Of a stretch of DNA of 64,000 nucleotides, positions 58,247 through 64,000 are shown piece by piece. Source of the DNA: Octopus vulgaris. Taxonomy: Eukaryota. Below the pieces are notes generated by a model, which saw only the letters and a program-made list of their open reading frames with translations, made no database searches and was not told the DNA's origin. Position 1 is the stretch's first letter. Each line of letters starts with the position of its first letter. The stretch lies in the NCBI GenBank assembly GCA_951406725.2, contig OX597835.1, positions 39,928,001 through 39,992,000 of the forward strand, read 5' to 3'. The position numbers and the translations under genes are program-made.

Positions 58247-58247
<1 letters not shown>
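57813..58247 (+). mobile_element. SINE family B, full-length reference copy
   Basis: tRNA-like head (TGGCTATGTGG, GAGTTCAGTCCC), CORE-like ACCTTGGGCAAGTGTCTT, internal (TA)n(TG)n, second body, tail (GTAAAAGA)n. Confidence 0.9.
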
Positions 58248-58322
<75 letters not shown>

Positions 58323-58334
58323 ATGATGATGGTA

Positions 58335-58570
58335 TGAGCTGGCAGAAACGTTAGCACGCCGGGCGAAATGCTTAGCGGTATTTCGTCTGCGTTACGTTGT
58401 GAGTTCAAATTCCGCCGAGGTCGACTTTGCCTTTCATCCTTTCGGGGTCGATAAATTAAGCACCAGTTACGCACTGGGGTCGATGTAATCGACTTAATAC
58501 CTATGTCTGTCCTTGTTTGTTCCCTCTGTGTTTAGCCCCTTGTGGGTAATAAAGAAAAAGAAATAGGTAT
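58335..58570 (+). mobile_element. SINE family A
   Basis: Family sequence. Confidence 0.9.
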
Positions 58571-58899
58571 GAGCAAACATTCAAGTACCCAACATTGATT
58601 TGAGTACACATGTAAGAAAATAGATGCAGTTTAACTATTCAGCTGACCGCTAGTTCAGCCATGCGTGGATTTAGTGTAGTCGCTCGATCTGCTAGAAAGA
58701 ACAAGCTAATTCACCCTTGAATTACATAGTGTCTTCTTTGAACAGAAATAGACGTTTGATCATTTCATTTTATCATTTCGGATTCGATATAATAAGTACC
58801 AGTAGAGTACTGGGGTAGATGTAATCGACTTACTTCCTCCCCTGAACTTTCAGCCTTAGTGCCTAAATTTAAAATCAATATTCAATGGAAACAGTAAGT

Positions 58900-59170
58900 A
58901 TCCAAGCATCCAATTTACTTTGGGCGTTCAAGCTTGGTGTTTCTACTTAATGAATTTCGCCTCTATTATTCGGAGGTCGGCCGCATCCTTCCTTTCGAGT
59001 AGCATTTTGGTAGAAAACTTTGCAATGTTGTCTCTGCTGGAATTGAGCGCTTGGTGATGTGGCTTTGAAAAAGTGTTCCCTCGCCCTATCATGCAGCTGT
59101 CTTCTGGCTGATCCAAGGTACGTGGCTTTACAAGAACGGGTCAGAAGTATGACATTCCTGACATGTTACA
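58900..59170 (-). pseudogene. GIY-YIG endonuclease remnant of a Penelope-like element
   Basis: Minus strand SCKATYLGSARRQLHDRAREHF .. / KMLLERKDAADLRIIEAKFIK*K / PSLNA, matching C..YIG.T.R.L..R..EH ... L.I.EA..I....P.LN. Confidence 0.82.
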
Positions 59171-60319
59171 CTCTATCAATTAATCTATTTTCTATATGAC
59201 TCTATCAGCAGAGACGAACGAGGTAGATTCGGTCAGAGCGCAACAGCTGTTGTTTCTTTGCAACTTTTTTGAGTCCATTTGTGTAGAAACGCCATTTCTG
59301 GATGTGGTCCTTTAGTGGGAGTAACCATATGAAGTTCTTTAGTTATTTATGCAAAACTATCATAGCATTACTCACCGAATTCAGAAAGCTAATTTCATCA
59401 GCATGCGTCTGAGACAACTCACAGTTGCATACGCTGTTTACTCGTCTGTTATGAGAATGTAAGGTTTTCCACAATTCTGACGTCACGGCACATATTGTCA
59501 AGTGCCCGTTATCATATGTAAGATTCTGCTTTAAGATGCACTCATAAGATACAAATACACACGAATACCACAAGTTATTTAACACACACATCATACATAT
59601 GAGCTATTCTTGCCAAGATAAAATGCTTCTAGTATCTAACGACGAAAGTGAAAAACACACACATCCTTATAATTTCCACATCGGCAACCATCTTCAAATG
59701 CCTTCTAAAGGTATTTTGTCCTTCTAAAGCTGTGAACTAGGAATGGGCATTCGCCTCCATTTTCGTCTGGACTTCAAGAGATAGTAAAACCAGCATACGG
59801 GTATTTTTTGAGTCTAGTGACAGGTAAAACTCCACTTCCCAGACCAACTTTATCAGAAACCTAAAATACGAACATTACTACCCTACTATAATTTGAACAT
59901 CATTGACAGAACTCCGCAATACTTTGATGGGCCACATAACTGCGAACTGTGCACATGCGAGAAATTACATATAAAAAAATAACTATTTCTCCCAACAGAA
60001 AAACAAGAGGTTATTTGCAGTGGACATCACAAATATTTTTCCTGAAATATTTTCAACTCTCCCACCTTGAAATTAACACCAACCAATAGAAAGAAAAGGA
60101 AATAGAAAGGGAAATAATGAGCAGTAGGTATCCTTGTTAATGAAAATTAATTTTGGACTGGTTGTTTCCCTTACATTCTAGTGTGCACTGTGCGATGCTG
60201 AGGACAACAACTTTCAGCAATTTCTATCACACGTGTTTATTTCGATCAATGGAAACCAAACCTACCAGCGACCAATAAGAATCTACTTATCGCAAACGTC
60301 TTAACGATTAGATGTATGG

Positions 60320-64000
<3,681 letters not shown>

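Overview
Eukaryotic, repeat-saturated, apparently non-genic DNA (intronic or intergenic). The SINE families and the microsatellite density suggest an octopus/coleoid cephalopod, which is an inference from pattern familiarity and not a database result. I found no host protein-coding exon; almost every long ORF in the track is a translated microsatellite. DNA transposons: a full-length but frameshifted mariner (DD34D), a second mariner fragment, a full-length DD37D/maT element plus a deleted copy, an internally deleted Tc1 that keeps an intact DNA-binding ORF, a decayed Merlin/IS1595-like transposase, and MITEs. Retroelements: 3' fragments of RTE(BovB-like), CR1 and L1/Tx1-like LINEs, and at least four tRNA-derived SINE families. 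The least obvious signal, invisible in the ORF track, is a Penelope-like element / retrozyme system. It comprises about 10 recognisable type I hammerhead-ribozyme motifs plus several relics, most with palindromic helix III, some inside ~345-nt direct-repeat units or short (TA)n-anchored elements. Decayed Penelope reverse transcriptase and GIY-YIG endonuclease sequences lie in the same window. Coordinates were read by eye and may be off by a few bases.
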